From NCBI GenBank assembly GCA_000091205.1, contig AP006497.2: a DNA stretch of 64,000 nucleotides; one strand, given 5' to 3'. Shown here piece after piece: positions 52,177 through 63,109 of the stretch (position 1 is the first letter of the stretch; each line of letters opens with the position of its first letter). The notes beneath the pieces were generated by a model that saw nothing but the letters and a program-made list of their open reading frames with translations, was not told the origin of the DNA and ran no database searches. This DNA comes from Cyanidioschyzon merolae (lineage: Eukaryota). Position numbers and translations under genes: made by a program.

Positions 52177-54087
52177 TCACTTGGTCGGAGGGAGGACGCG
52201 CACCCGCTCCTGCCCAAAATGCGCCCGCAAAATGGGTTCCAGCTTGTTGCGATCGCCGAGAACCAAGGTTATTAAGGCATCATCATCGATGCGGTCTCGA
52301 GCCGCTTGTTGCAGGGAGCGCGCATCCACTCGTTCAATGCCTGCTCGTAATTGTTGCAGAAAGTCGTCGGGGTACCGATGGAACCGGTACAACACAAGAC
52401 GACGGAGCATTTCGCTCTTATTCGGAGCAAGCTGAAATACCATGCTATTCAAGACATAGTCTTTCGCATAGTTCAACGCGTCTGGCGAAACCAGCTCGTT
52501 ATCGAGTCGTCGGAACTCGGCCTGGATGCCCTCAACGAGCGCAGGCACCTGAGCGGTCTCGGTCTCGCCACCAGCGATGAATACCCCGGGATAGTTGTAC
52601 TTTGGCGACCACACGCCATATACCGAGTAAGCGAGACCTTTTCGTGAGCGTAGCTCATCGAACAGGCGTCCGCCGAGTCCATTCATGAGGGCGTTCATGA
52701 CATCCAGCGCAGGATAGAGTGGATCTCGTAGCGTGCCGCCGAGTTCGCCCATCGCCACCTGAGCCTGAGTGAGTCCCGGCTTCTCCACCAGCAGAACCAG
52801 CGACGCATTCGGGTTCGGCCGGGGCGCCGGTGCCAACGCCATTCTGGGCGGGTCGACGAGTCGCGACCAGTCACCAAACGTCTCTTCCGCAAGCCGACGA
52901 ACAGACGCTCGATCCAAATCGCCATACAGCACCAGAAAAGTATTGAAATCCGGTCCGAAATGATCCGCATGAAAACGAAACAAATCATCTCGTTCAATGC
53001 GATCGATGGACTCGTCGCTCGATTCGCGAGCAAACGGCGAGACGCTTCCGTAGACGAGCTTTGCAAACGTACGCCGGAGCACAGAGCTGGGTTCATCGTT
53101 ACGACGCGCGATGTTAGCGTGCTGGTGCTGCTTCACGAGCTCCAGTCTGGGTGCAGAGAAAAGAGGCGCTCGAACGAGTGAGCTGGCTGCCCGCAACACC
53201 TCACCTAGGTCCGATGGTTCGCACTGGAAAGCGATTTGAAATGACTTGACCCCCAGTGACGTTTCGATACTTGCGGCGCGATTCTCCAGGAAATCATCGA
53301 GCTCCTCGGGGCTATATGCTGCGCTACCGCCCTCTCGAATAAGAGCGGTAACCGTCTCCGCGAGCCCTACCTTGTTCGGCGGGTCCAGCCACGAGCCCGC
53401 CTCAGTGAGCAGAAAACCGCTGGTGAGCGGGACTTCATGGTCTTCGAGGATCAGAAGATGAAGGCCGTTCTTAAACGTCTCTTCGTAGATCGACTCTAGG
53501 GTTGGTAGAGCAGGTAGCGTCGGAAACGACAACGTTTCCCAAGGTGCGGGACCCGGTTCTGAACGCTCTGCGCTCACCTCAGTACACGGTTCCACCAGAG
53601 CGACAGCCTGATCAATGTCGTGGGAAAAATACGGGCTGAATCCAAGAAGGACAGAAAAGCCTATGACTGCGAGCTTGGCCAGCCTCTGCAAGGACGCCAC
53701 ATTAGGTCCAAGCTGCTTCCGTTCGGGCGTCGCGCAAGCTCGCCCCAGCCTCAATCTCGTTGCCGCAAGTTCATGTCGCCTTGTGAAGGGCGAAAAGGCC
53801 TCTGCTCGTACGAGCTTGCCACGGCCGAGTCGCTCTCTGCCTGGCGGGATCGCAACGAAAGCAGATTGCACGCACGCTCGCATAGCACTCCCTGCTACAA
53901 GTGTGCCCTTTGCACCACTCCAGCGACCACAAACAGTAATAGGTCTAGGGAGGCCGCGTTTTCCGACAAAAGATCCTTGTCCTGGCGAGATATTTAGCCC
54001 CGAGTACCTGACCTCACCAAATGATCGTGCCAGGTGCGCAAGCATGCGGCGACCCGTGCACGAGCGAGCATGTTGCTTGATGCGCAT
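52177..54087 (-). CDS. Peptidase M16 (pitrilysin/insulinase) family protein, apparently without the HxxEH zinc motif
   Basis: This is an ATG-initiated 636-aa ORF. M16-type segments include NGLHLLILEDHEVPLTSGFLL, GLAETVTALIREGGSAAYSPEELDDFLENRAASI, LRSRKGLAYSVYGVW and GVFIAGGETETAQV. The position that normally holds HxxEH reads GLAETVTAL. Confidence 0.75.
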   Translation of the reverse strand: MRIKQHARSCTGRRMLAHLARSFGEVRYSGLNISPGQGSFVGKRGLPRPITVCGRWSGAKGTLVAGSAMRACVQSAFVAIPPGRERLGRGKLVRAEAFSPFTRRHELAATRLRLGRACATPERKQLGPNVASLQRLAKLAVIGFSVLLGFSPYFSHDIDQAVALVEPCTEVSAERSEPGPAPWETLSFPTLPALPTLESIYEETFKNGLHLLILEDHEVPLTSGFLLTEAGSWLDPPNKVGLAETVTALIREGGSAAYSPEELDDFLENRAASIETSLGVKSFQIAFQCEPSDLGEVLRAASSLVRAPLFSAPRLELVKQHQHANIARRNDEPSSVLRRTFAKLVYGSVSPFARESSDESIDRIERDDLFRFHADHFGPDFNTFLVLYGDLDRASVRRLAEETFGDWSRLVDPPRMALAPAPRPNPNASLVLLVEKPGLTQAQVAMGELGGTLRDPLYPALDVMNALMNGLGGRLFDELRSRKGLAYSVYGVWSPKYNYPGVFIAGGETETAQVPALVEGIQAEFRRLDNELVSPDALNYAKDYVLNSMVFQLAPNKSEMLRRLVLYRFHRYPDDFLQQLRAGIERVDARSLQQAARDRIDDDALITLVLGDRNKLEPILRAHFGQERVRVLPPTK

Positions 54088-55562
54088 GGTGTACGCCTTG
54101 ACAAGACATGTCCAGTAATGGGTAGCTTACCGCTCAGCGCTTTGATCCGCGCACAGGCCATCGGATGGACGTTCAGGCAGCGATCGCGTACGCACATAGG
54201 ATTCTAGAAATTTGGCGACAATGCTGGAACTGACAGACAAGTGCGCAGGGCGCCTCCTGCAGTTGACCCTTACATGGCGCTTCTTGAGTCGTCGGGGTAA
54301 TGCAGTCTTTTAGGATTCGCTGATTACCGCCTGTAGGCCTGTTGGCTCACAATGGACGTCAGAGCGGCGTTAGACAAAAGGTCAGATTCGGGGCCTCATC
54401 GGCATGGAGGCACCTTGACCGATTGTCGCAGATGCCCAGCTCGCCTGCGCCTTTTGATTGCTAGCTGGTCAGCGTTTGCGTGCGCAGCACTGGTTCGTGA
54501 GCAGACCAACGCGTGCGCGCACTTTACACGAAAACATCACCGAATTGCATTTCGTGGCGAAGCAGCGGTGGCCCGTGGAAGCAAGAACTGCGGATGCTCG
54601 AATCGCATCGTCTTTTAGAGAGCTGCAGAATTTGGTCTGAATGCCCACGTTTGGGAGACACCCGGGCGTCGGCACTGCGGATGCACAACTGCTATCGTCA
54701 GGTACGGGCTGCCTTGGTCATTCACGGAATGCTTGGCCTTGAGGTCGGCACAGGAGCTGTCCGGAGCTCCATAGTATCGGCGAAAACCATCAGCAACCAA
54801 GTATCGCATGCACCCGCTTATTCGGGAATCGCGAACGCCACGGAATTGCTCCATCTCAGAATACCCGTGAATTCCTCGGACAGACGCAGACGCCAGCCGG
54901 CATGATGCCGCCGAGCTCGTAACGTACCGCCCGCATCGCGTAAACACCGTCGATTCGAAGCGGCTGTGGGGTTCGCACGCGTGTGCAGCGCACCGTCAAA
55001 AAGCCTAGCAAGCATGAGCATGGTGATGAGATACCCAAGTTGGCCGCATCAGGTCTCTCGGTATCAAGCCCGGAGCTGCCTGCATCAGGTGCAACAGGGC
55101 CACGGCAGGCTCCGCAGCGCTCGAACGACTCGAATAGCCGTTAGAGTGCCCCGGTGGTCGCAAACAGCACCCGCCGCATCACCAGAGATTTCATTCAATT
55201 CGATCCGCTGAAATGTCAGTGCGCAACACTGTCTGACCGCTGCGGTACCTGGCAGAGAAACCCTGCTCCGGGTACGTCGATACCCACCCTGGAGCCGGGA
55301 ATTCCCATACAGTACCATCGATCCTGTCCTGAAAAACAGCAGCCTCGCCTGCAAGTCGCCATTGCATTCGCAGCTGATTTCCATTCTTCTGATGGTGTCT
55401 GGTCGATGCATCAAGCCTTGGACCCTAGGAATGCGCGACGAGGATCAACAGCGGTAAAAGTATCAGTGATGCTGTTCATCTGGTGTCAGAAATGGCGATG
55501 ACCCCGTTGCCACTGCCACTGGTGTCATCCAAAGCACCGGGCGAACGTTGCGCGCTACCAGC

Positions 55563-56648
55563 ATGGGCGCATTCGTTCGTGCGAACGCTTCAGCGCTGTG
55601 CAGCTGCGCTCCATGTCGAAGTATGTTCCTATCATCTATATATGGAACAAACGATAAACCATCTTTCTTGGAACTTGTTTCACAGGAGCAGCTGCTGTTG
55701 GGCTTGCGACCGGCACTGGACCGAGTGCTCCACGGCCTGTGCGAACGGTTCTCCGGTCAGCACTGGTTACGGGCCCTGCACCGTCGCACTGACGAGCTCT
55801 GGTTGCTGATTCTGCTCGTCGTTGAAGGCCGCTCGCTTTATTCGAACGGAGCCACTGTTGCAGAGAGTTTTTACGGACTCCGAAGACGCACGAATGAAAC
55901 GTCCACACTGGCCTCGCGACCAAAAGAGGAGCACGGGCCAGCGCCTGGTCTGCCAGCGGCAGCGGTATGGAAAAGCGTTTTGGAAAGCGCAATATTGCCG
56001 TATTTGAGAACAAAACTTGACGCGTTGTATCAGGAATTTTATATCCAGGCTAGCCTTGGCTTAGACGGCTTCTGGAGCTGTTTTTGGAAGCGACTATTCC
56101 TCCGCCTCTACCCTTTCTTGCGAACGTTGGACCACTGCTTCGTGTTTCTCTTTCGTCTTCTCTATCTGTTCGGTCGAACCGAGTACTACAGCTGGCCTTT
56201 ACGACTTGAACGAATCGTTGTCGTGCGAGCGCCCTATGCCGCTGGGCTAGTCCAGGGGCGACCTGCGGCTACACTGCTGCAGCGGTTCCTGGACCGCGCG
56301 TTCTCTGGCGGCAAGCTCGCTCTTATAGTAGGACTTTACACGCTTCGTTTCGTGGACTGGTTTCGATCCAATTTAGAGCGCGAGCGCCGTGAGCAGGTTC
56401 GGTCCTTGCCTTTACCACCACCGCCAGAGCCTCTGGGTCCGCCGCAGACCCACGCGTGGACACCAGGCGCTTGCGCTCTTTGTCACAGAGCGGACTGCTG
56501 CGAGCCCTCTGTTTGTCTGGTCAGCGGCTTTGTTTTCTGTGACGCTTGCTTACGCGAGCATATTAAGATTCATCGGCGTTGCCCGATAACAAAGTTTCCC
56601 GCATCCGAGTTGGACATACGTCGGCTCTACTTCTCAGACGCTCTATGA
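55563..56648 (+). CDS. PEX12: Peroxisome biogenesis factor PEX12 (RING peroxin)
   Basis: ORF 55548-56648 starts on TTG; the first ATG is at 55563 (an alternative ATG is at 55623). The N-terminus KPSFLELVSQEQLLLGLRPAL is Pex2/Pex12-type. The degenerate C-terminal RING reads CALCHRADCCEPSVCLVSGFVFCDACLREHIKIHRRCPITKFPASELDIRRLY. Confidence 0.75.
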   Translation: MGAFVRANASALCSCAPCRSMFLSSIYGTNDKPSFLELVSQEQLLLGLRPALDRVLHGLCERFSGQHWLRALHRRTDELWLLILLVVEGRSLYSNGATVAESFYGLRRRTNETSTLASRPKEEHGPAPGLPAAAVWKSVLESAILPYLRTKLDALYQEFYIQASLGLDGFWSCFWKRLFLRLYPFLRTLDHCFVFLFRLLYLFGRTEYYSWPLRLERIVVVRAPYAAGLVQGRPAATLLQRFLDRAFSGGKLALIVGLYTLRFVDWFRSNLERERREQVRSLPLPPPPEPLGPPQTHAWTPGACALCHRADCCEPSVCLVSGFVFCDACLREHIKIHRRCPITKFPASELDIRRLYFSDAL

Positions 56649-56949
56649 CGCGGTGATGCGCAGCGGTCTCTCGAGCGATGTTCCAACATCGTGCCCTCCA
56701 GACGTAATGCTCACTGACTAGCCATTATCGATAACCCAAGGCATGTTCCTGCCGTCGAGTTCCAGCTAGGGCCTCACATGCCTGCACAGAGGGTGTTCTT
56801 CGCGTGCCACAGCAGCACACCGCGGGTGCGCGGTTTGTCTCCGCACCAGCGAATGCAGACACCACAAGCGCTTGCGCAGAGCTCGTTTTCGGGCCTATCC
56901 AACGGCCTCGAAGAACGGTTGCCTCCGCATCTGCTCAGCAGGTACTCGC

Positions 56950-57444
56950 TTACGGTTCCGTGCTGCAGCGTTCAATAAAGTTCCTGGTTCGTTCTTGCAG
57001 CATTCGGAGCATGAACCGCTCACGCCGTAAGTGCTCGTGCGCGGAGCGGTTGGCCCCCGGCTCAAGCGTTTGTTGCTCGACAGCGTGAACGTCCATCTCC
57101 GAGATGTTTACCTCAAAGTTTGCCAGGTTCGCACGTTCCCGTGCTCTCTGCATGCGCTCTTTGGACAGTTCGAGGCGCTTCCGCAAAAGTTCTTCCAAGT
57201 TCGTTTTGTCCAGCTTGGCTGGCCAGTAGAAACCGTCCTGTGGTCCCACGAGGATCGGCTCTAGTCTACGCTCCTCCGGCGGATCAAGCTTCATCTTCCG
57301 TAACTTGAACCGGAACGCCCCACCCTCGTTGACAGTCCAGTTCACGAGCCGGAAAAAAGCCAAGGAACTCAAAGACCCCACGAGAAAGTATACAAGCGGT
57401 GCTCTCCAGGTCGATAGTCGCGAAGCCTCAGAAAACGCTCGCAT
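56950..57444 (-). CDS. Hypothetical single-pass membrane protein (164 aa)
   Basis: ATG-initiated ORF with one hydrophobic helix (PLVYFLVGSLSSLAFFRLV) followed by a charged coiled region. No family is recognised. Confidence 0.3.
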   Translation of the reverse strand: MRAFSEASRLSTWRAPLVYFLVGSLSSLAFFRLVNWTVNEGGAFRFKLRKMKLDPPEERRLEPILVGPQDGFYWPAKLDKTNLEELLRKRLELSKERMQRARERANLANFEVNISEMDVHAVEQQTLEPGANRSAHEHLRRERFMLRMLQERTRNFIERCSTEP

Positions 57445-58504
57445 TTTCCAAAGAGTATACCTTTCGTTTATAGCTCATTCAGAGATGTACAGTAGAACAC
57501 AAGGTGCAACTGAAACAGGCATAGTGCGCCTTTACCTGAAACGAAAGCGAAACAAAATCGTTAGGCCGACGCAGGCACCTGCGGCGTGAAGCGCTGCAGC
57601 TGGAGTGGCGAAACGTTGCGGCTGTGGTACTGCCGCTGGACCCCGCAGGTGTGCGGGTGCGCTCCACCCACGATCACAATCATTCCAGTAGGAAACAGTG
57701 CGGATGAACCGTATAGTTCGCAGCGCATAGCTCGTTGGTAAGGACCAAGTTGGATACAAAAGCGCGTGCAGCATCGAGCATTAGTGTCAAAATCCAGCTC
57801 CGAAAGTCACCTGCTCCAGAGGAGTCCCTTGCACCAGGTGCCGGTCATACGAATTGCATTCAGAAGCAACACAAGCACCGTGCCAATGACACACACACAT
57901 GATGCACCAATGTAGGCATTGCGAGACCGTTACATTCTGATGCTGAGCCTTCTTGCCGCGTGCTCTGAAAAGCCAGGTCATTGGCGGTGGCTCTCGCGAT
58001 GAGGTTCTGCATGAAGCACCGCTCAGCGCTTTAAATGTACGGACAATGCGGTAATGGGATCCACTAAGGTTCCGCTGCAATGCATGTATTTCCAAGCCCA
58101 GTGCTCGGTGGTGTCATCCATGCAGTTGCTCTCCTGCACGGAAACGGAGACGCTGCGGCGCACAGCCACAAACGCTCTGGTACGACCTCGAGCGAAAGCG
58201 GCGATTGCATCATTCTACAGAAATCGGGCCAAAGCTGCTGCTCAACTTCAAACGCAGATGCAGCGATGTGCATACACAAGTATAAGCGGCACGAAAGACC
58301 TCGCTACTGGAGCGATCGCGTAACGAGGAACCCTACTGATCCGAGTACGAACCTTCGAGCACTCGACGTCCACGATACAGACCGACGGGGTCCCTGCTCC
58401 CGTGGCTAGTCAGTCCCCAGCAGCCAATATCCGCTGATATTGCTGGTAGCCAGCGAGACATCATCGGCAGAGACGCCGTCGCTCCGAGCTCAGACTGCTA
58501 AGCG

Positions 58505-59029
58505 TCAAGTGCTCGCGTTTTCATGGAACGTCAGGTCCGCCGATCCAAGAGCGACTCGTCTCTGGTATAGCCCGACGTATGGCATCACCATATAATGAAG
58601 ACGCATCGTGATGGAGTTGCCGCGAAGTGTTTCGTTCGGAAACGCACGCAACGGATATTTGGCTCTCTCACCTATGAGTCGGATAACTCGGCTGTCCCTG
58701 GATCCGACTACTTTATCCCACAGAGTAACTTGGCTCGACGCGTTTTTACTCTCTGCAACAATGAAGACATAGAGCTGCCGGTACGTACCTCTCCAGACGG
58801 GTTGGAAGTCAGCTTCCATATCTATGGAGAGAAACGCAGTTTCCGAGGCACGCGGTAAGTTACCGTGGAACCCCAGGATGCGCCCTCCAAAGTTCTTGAC
58901 TGTGATCTGTGGACATCGCGCCGTGCGCACTGCGTCTAACGCAACCTGCAGAGCCAGCAAGATCAAGAACCAGAAAAAGCAAGTAGCAGCGTAGGAAGTG
59001 AGGCGCTGCCTCCAGGTAGACGCAACCAT
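58505..59029 (-). CDS. SPCS3: Signal peptidase complex subunit 3 (SPC22/23)
   Basis: ORF 58505-59050(-) starts on TTG; the ATG is the complement of 59027-59029. It has an N-terminal anchor (TCFFWFLILLALQVAL) and the family pattern ...AFLSIDMEADFQPVWRGTYRQLYVFIVAESKNASSQVTLWDKVV. Confidence 0.7.
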   Translation of the reverse strand: MVASTWRQRLTSYAATCFFWFLILLALQVALDAVRTARCPQITVKNFGGRILGFHGNLPRASETAFLSIDMEADFQPVWRGTYRQLYVFIVAESKNASSQVTLWDKVVGSRDSRVIRLIGERAKYPLRAFPNETLRGNSITMRLHYMVMPYVGLYQRRVALGSADLTFHENAST

Positions 59030-59949
59030 ACTGGACGCTACCAAAAACAACTGCGAATGAATTGCCGAACGATCACACGTTCCTCCTTGTGCGAATACGC
59101 TCGAGATCTCCGTTCAATAACGTCTGCACTGAGAGCAAAAAACGAATGACGCTGCTGGGCCCTGGTCGACCTGCGCCCAGCATTGACCAATCCTAGTTTC
59201 GCGGAGACGACTGCTGATGATTCGCGTTCGCGCCGCTGCCACGGCAACGCAGGGTCACAAGCTGCATCACCGATGCTGGAAAGGCACGTCCCATGCAAGG
59301 TCCAGCACATCATGTTCTCCAAGGGACGGCGCTGTACGAACCAGTTCCTCAGACGCAGTTTGTAGCTGCGTATCTGCATCGAGATGGATCGCTGGTTAGA
59401 ACTGGGGGACGCACTACACAACGCTGCCTGGCGTACGCTGGAACGCTTCACCTCGATGTGTGCAAAGAGGCGCGCAAATACCGGTGCAGTTCAGCCGGAT
59501 GGAGCTCGACGAATCGCTCGGTGGAAGCAGGTATCAGCATCTGCGATTCGAACGCATGTCAATGTCGAATGGAACGGGGTCTCCGACTCGAGCGTATACA
59601 CGAAAATTCGGGTCTCTTTCTCTGGTCTTCAGCACTAGCGTTTGCGGAACTGTTCTGTGACTGCTTCCTTTTCCTCTGTGTGGCCGTCGGCTTTCCGTAC
59701 GGTGTCCTGCTCTTTCCCTACAATGTCCTTCGTTCGCAGTGGAAGGGTTTCGGTGGCAGCGTTGAATTCCTGAATGCGCTGCTTCCGCCTGTTACCGATG
59801 CATTTCATCCGCAGGCGAAAGCGGCGACGTATGCCTCGCTTGCCATTTTCATCTGCATCGTATACAGCTGAAGTGCGCCTTACATAGCGGTGGCACGCAA
59901 AACTGGTCAGCTGCTCCCAGAGGTCCGCCATACATCCACATCTAAAGGC

Positions 59950-60670
59950 CACAGCGCGGCGCGTGGACGCTTGCTTTATCGCGTCATACGAGCGCTTGAC
60001 GAGCCCATGAAGATCCCCTGGATGCTCCCCGCCGTTTCTTCGCCCGGGGTCGTACACTGCGATCGCGGGCCTCTTCGGGGTGACGTTCTCGGTCAGTACT
60101 CTGTGCAGTGGAGACGCAAGCGTACAGTGTCCCATTCGATAGAGGATATCTGGAACGCAAGGTTGTCTATGATGGAAAGAGTACAGGAAGCAAAATCCAG
60201 CATGGAGAACAAATCGAGAAATTTCGATTCATCTATGCTACCCTCGCGCAAAGCGATGGTGCATTCTCGACTAGAGGCGATCGCAGCGACGACAGAAAGT
60301 CTCAGTCCAGGGCCCCCTTCCATGGAATCAGAATCGAGGAGAGCCTCTGGGGGCATATCCAGTGGGCGCGATGATGCTGTTGCGAAGTGTTGCCTCGCCG
60401 ATGCCCGCAAAGGGCGGATTGTATGCCTTTTAAAGGGATTCAATCATTTGAAGAGCCAAGTCCAGTGAACTTTCGACGTGCGCTTGTGAAAAAAGTCATC
60501 GGGAAACGACGCGGATTTTTTTCCGCATCCATCCTGCGGCGCGAATCGTTGTGCCGCAGAGGAGCCTCCAAACAGAGCGAGGGAAAAGTTGAAGAATACG
60601 TGATCTGACTCTTCCACATACGTACGGAAAGGAGAAGGGTGAATGCATGGAAGTATGCATTGGAGAGTGA
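59950..60670 (-). repeat. Diverged copy of the distal part of the V module (inverted relative to copy D)
   Basis: The plus-strand translation ...PLRGDVLGQYSVQWRRKRTVSHSIEDIWNARLSMMERVQEAKSSMENKSRNFDSSMLPSR parallels the minus-strand translation at 35808-36068, ...PLREILGEYPVRWSCKRTLLSKIEAVWDAMLPSMMNQAPRRQPRLEINSKTFDPSTLASR. Flanking nucleotide similarity includes ctgcggcgcgaatcgttg vs cagcggcgcgagttgcgttg. The left boundary is unclear. Confidence 0.5.
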
Positions 60671-60964
60671 TATCGGTTATGTTATGAACTCAAGGGGCAC
60701 TGCCTCGGAGATGCCAATGGGAAATGACGACCAGGAATCCTAAACCTATGTATTACACCATGAGCGCTTATTCCTTCATTGAAATATTGGGGCGCTATCC
60801 CTAAAGAAAAGCTCGTGAAAAAACCAAGGCACGAACAGAGAAAGCAGTTCTCTTTCCGTTTCCATCCGACATGGGTGCAGGCAGCGGGTCCGTCGAGGTG
60901 GATAACCACGAGGATCCAGCGCTTCGTGCAACTCCACACGCTTGGGTCCTGGTCAAAGGCCCAC

Positions 60965-61258
60965 GTCGCAAAACGGCGCCAGAGTCCGCATCCAATAGCG
61001 GAACGGAGTCAATGTACTCTGGAATCGTTCAAGCTGCTAAGTTTCTCCATCGCTTGGTGCCCGTCGCAAAACGGCGCCAGAGTCCGCATCCAATAGCGGA
61101 ACGGAGTCAATGTACTCTGGAATCGTTCAAGCTGCTAAGTTTCTCCATCGCTTGGTGCCCGTCGCAAAACGGCGCCAGAGTCCGCATCCAATAGCGGAAC
61201 GGAGTCAAGGTACTCTGGAATCGTTCAAGCTGCTAAGTTTCTCCATCGCTTGGTGCCG
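60965..61258. repeat. Tandem repeat, 3 x 98 bp
   Basis: The unit is gtcgcaaaacggcgccagagtccgcatccaatagcggaacggagtcaatgtactctggaatcgttcaagctgctaagtttctccatcgcttggtgccc. It starts at 60965, 61063 and 61161. Units 1 and 2 look identical; unit 3 has a few substitutions and is truncated at its end. Confidence 0.95.
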
Positions 61259-61686
61259 CGCCGGCGAGTCCGCATGCACAGCGCGTCGGAGCACAACCTG
61301 AAGACGACATACGACCGCTCGTTATGCGAAAAACTGCTTGAACGAACGTCCTTATGGGAGTCGATAATCGGTTGTATCTCTGAGCTGCATACGTACCAGC
61401 GCTACGGGCATCCATTGAATGCTCGGCACCCAAATGATCATAGGAAATTATCAGTATTCCCAAAGAGACCAATAGATTATAACCTGTAGAATTTTTTGCC
61501 GTATCTTGTGGAATAACGGATTCTTTCTTACGTGCTGGTAACAATCGCCGTCCGAGCGATGCCCTGGTGGTCGTGCACACGATCCTCCACTTTCGGCGCT
61601 CTGCGATGCAGCCGAAAATGTAGTGGCGGCGCGCTCCGTCTGGGCCTTTAAAGCACGTTTCGAACGAACAAAACCCGCTTACCAGG

Positions 61687-62574
61687 ATGCAGCGCCCAGA
61701 GGGCCCAGGGACGCACACGATTCCTATGCCGAAACTAAACTCAGCAGAGGATGTTTTCACTTTTTGGTTTGGGGTAGAGCCGTCTCTTGAAAAACGCCGA
61801 AAGTGTCTTTCCTCCTTCAGCTACTTCGAGTCGCGCGTTGCAACGTGGTTTCTCGGGAAGAACAAGGAGTTCGAGCTAGTTCAGCTGGAAAGCGTTGACC
61901 TCGTGCATCGAGCCGGGCGAGGCGAGCTGCACGGCGGCGAGTGGGACCAACCTCTTGGGTTGCTTGCTCGGATCTTGCTGACGGATCAGTTTCCACGGTG
62001 CATCTGGCGCGGACGCGCGGAAGCCTTTCAGTACGACAACGTAGCGCGCGGCATATGTCGTGCAATCCTCGAGAAGGGCTGGGACAAGAGCGAGTTTTTT
62101 TTCGCAGAGCGTATATTCATATATCTACCTCTAGAGCATAGTGAATCCCTCGCAGATCAGCGCGAATGTGTTCGTCTGATGCGCACCGCAGCAGCGGGCT
62201 CGCCATGGCTCACACGCTGGAAACACGCGCGCAGCGTCAACGTGAAAATGGCTGAGGATCATCTCCGCGTAATCGAAAGGTTTGGACGATTCCCATATCG
62301 CAACGAGTCCTTGGGTCGGGCTTCATCGCCCGACGAAATAGCATGGTTGAGATCAGGGAACTTGCCGGTATTTGCAAAGAGCCAACTCGCATCATCGCAG
62401 CACAACGAGGCCGCGAGCACCGAGCCAGCTTCTGCGGGCGGGAATGCATCCACAGAACGTGCTTTTGGCAGAGTGTCCCGGTCACCGTGGACTGCGCTAT
62501 CGGCTGCGGTGCTGGCCATTGGAACTGCAGCTGCCATCAGCTATCGCATCTACCAAAGGCGCCATGAAGTCTGA
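61687..62574 (+). CDS. DUF924-family protein with C-terminal TM anchor
   Basis: The ATG is at 61687. DUF924-type motifs are VFTFWFG, LLARILLTDQFPRCIWRGRAEAFQYD, RIFIYLPLEHSESLADQ and HLRVIERFGRFPYRNESLGRASSPDEIAWL. The C-terminal hydrophobic helix is WTALSAAVLAIGTAAAISY. Confidence 0.75.
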   Translation: MQRPEGPGTHTIPMPKLNSAEDVFTFWFGVEPSLEKRRKCLSSFSYFESRVATWFLGKNKEFELVQLESVDLVHRAGRGELHGGEWDQPLGLLARILLTDQFPRCIWRGRAEAFQYDNVARGICRAILEKGWDKSEFFFAERIFIYLPLEHSESLADQRECVRLMRTAAAGSPWLTRWKHARSVNVKMAEDHLRVIERFGRFPYRNESLGRASSPDEIAWLRSGNLPVFAKSQLASSQHNEAASTEPASAGGNASTERAFGRVSRSPWTALSAAVLAIGTAAAISYRIYQRRHEV

Positions 62575-63109
62575 CGTCTGATGGGACTCATTGACCATCT
62601 GGTTTGCTTTTCCGCGATGCGCAACGCCAACGCAAACTGGTGCGCCAGGATCACATTTGGTGACAACGCCTCCCCGCGAAGCTCAGCGGTCATTGCTGGG
62701 TAGCCAAATTACCGATTTCATCGGATACCGCAAGGCACCATCATCAGCAGTGGCAGGTCTTCTGTTATGGCTCTGGGATAAATGGTGCATTCGTTGGAAT
62801 CTGTACCGACTCTGGGACGCAGTCTGGAACGGAGGGATCTGATGGCGTGCCGCCTTCTCAATCTGTATCAGACGAGAATGGAATGGTGAACTGCTCGCGC
62901 TGTTCCTGCATTTCGGTTTTTTTCGAACATTTCTGGAGTTGGTGGCGAGCTTCGACATTCAACGTGAAGCAACGAGGGACGATGGATTCATGAATATTTT
63001 AAGGATTTTTGGTCGTCTTTTCCGTATGTCGTCTCTGATTCTATGTCGCGGGAATTCGTTACATCAACGCAATCAAGATGTTTCGGGACGCCGCCGAATA
63101 AGAGTTCGT

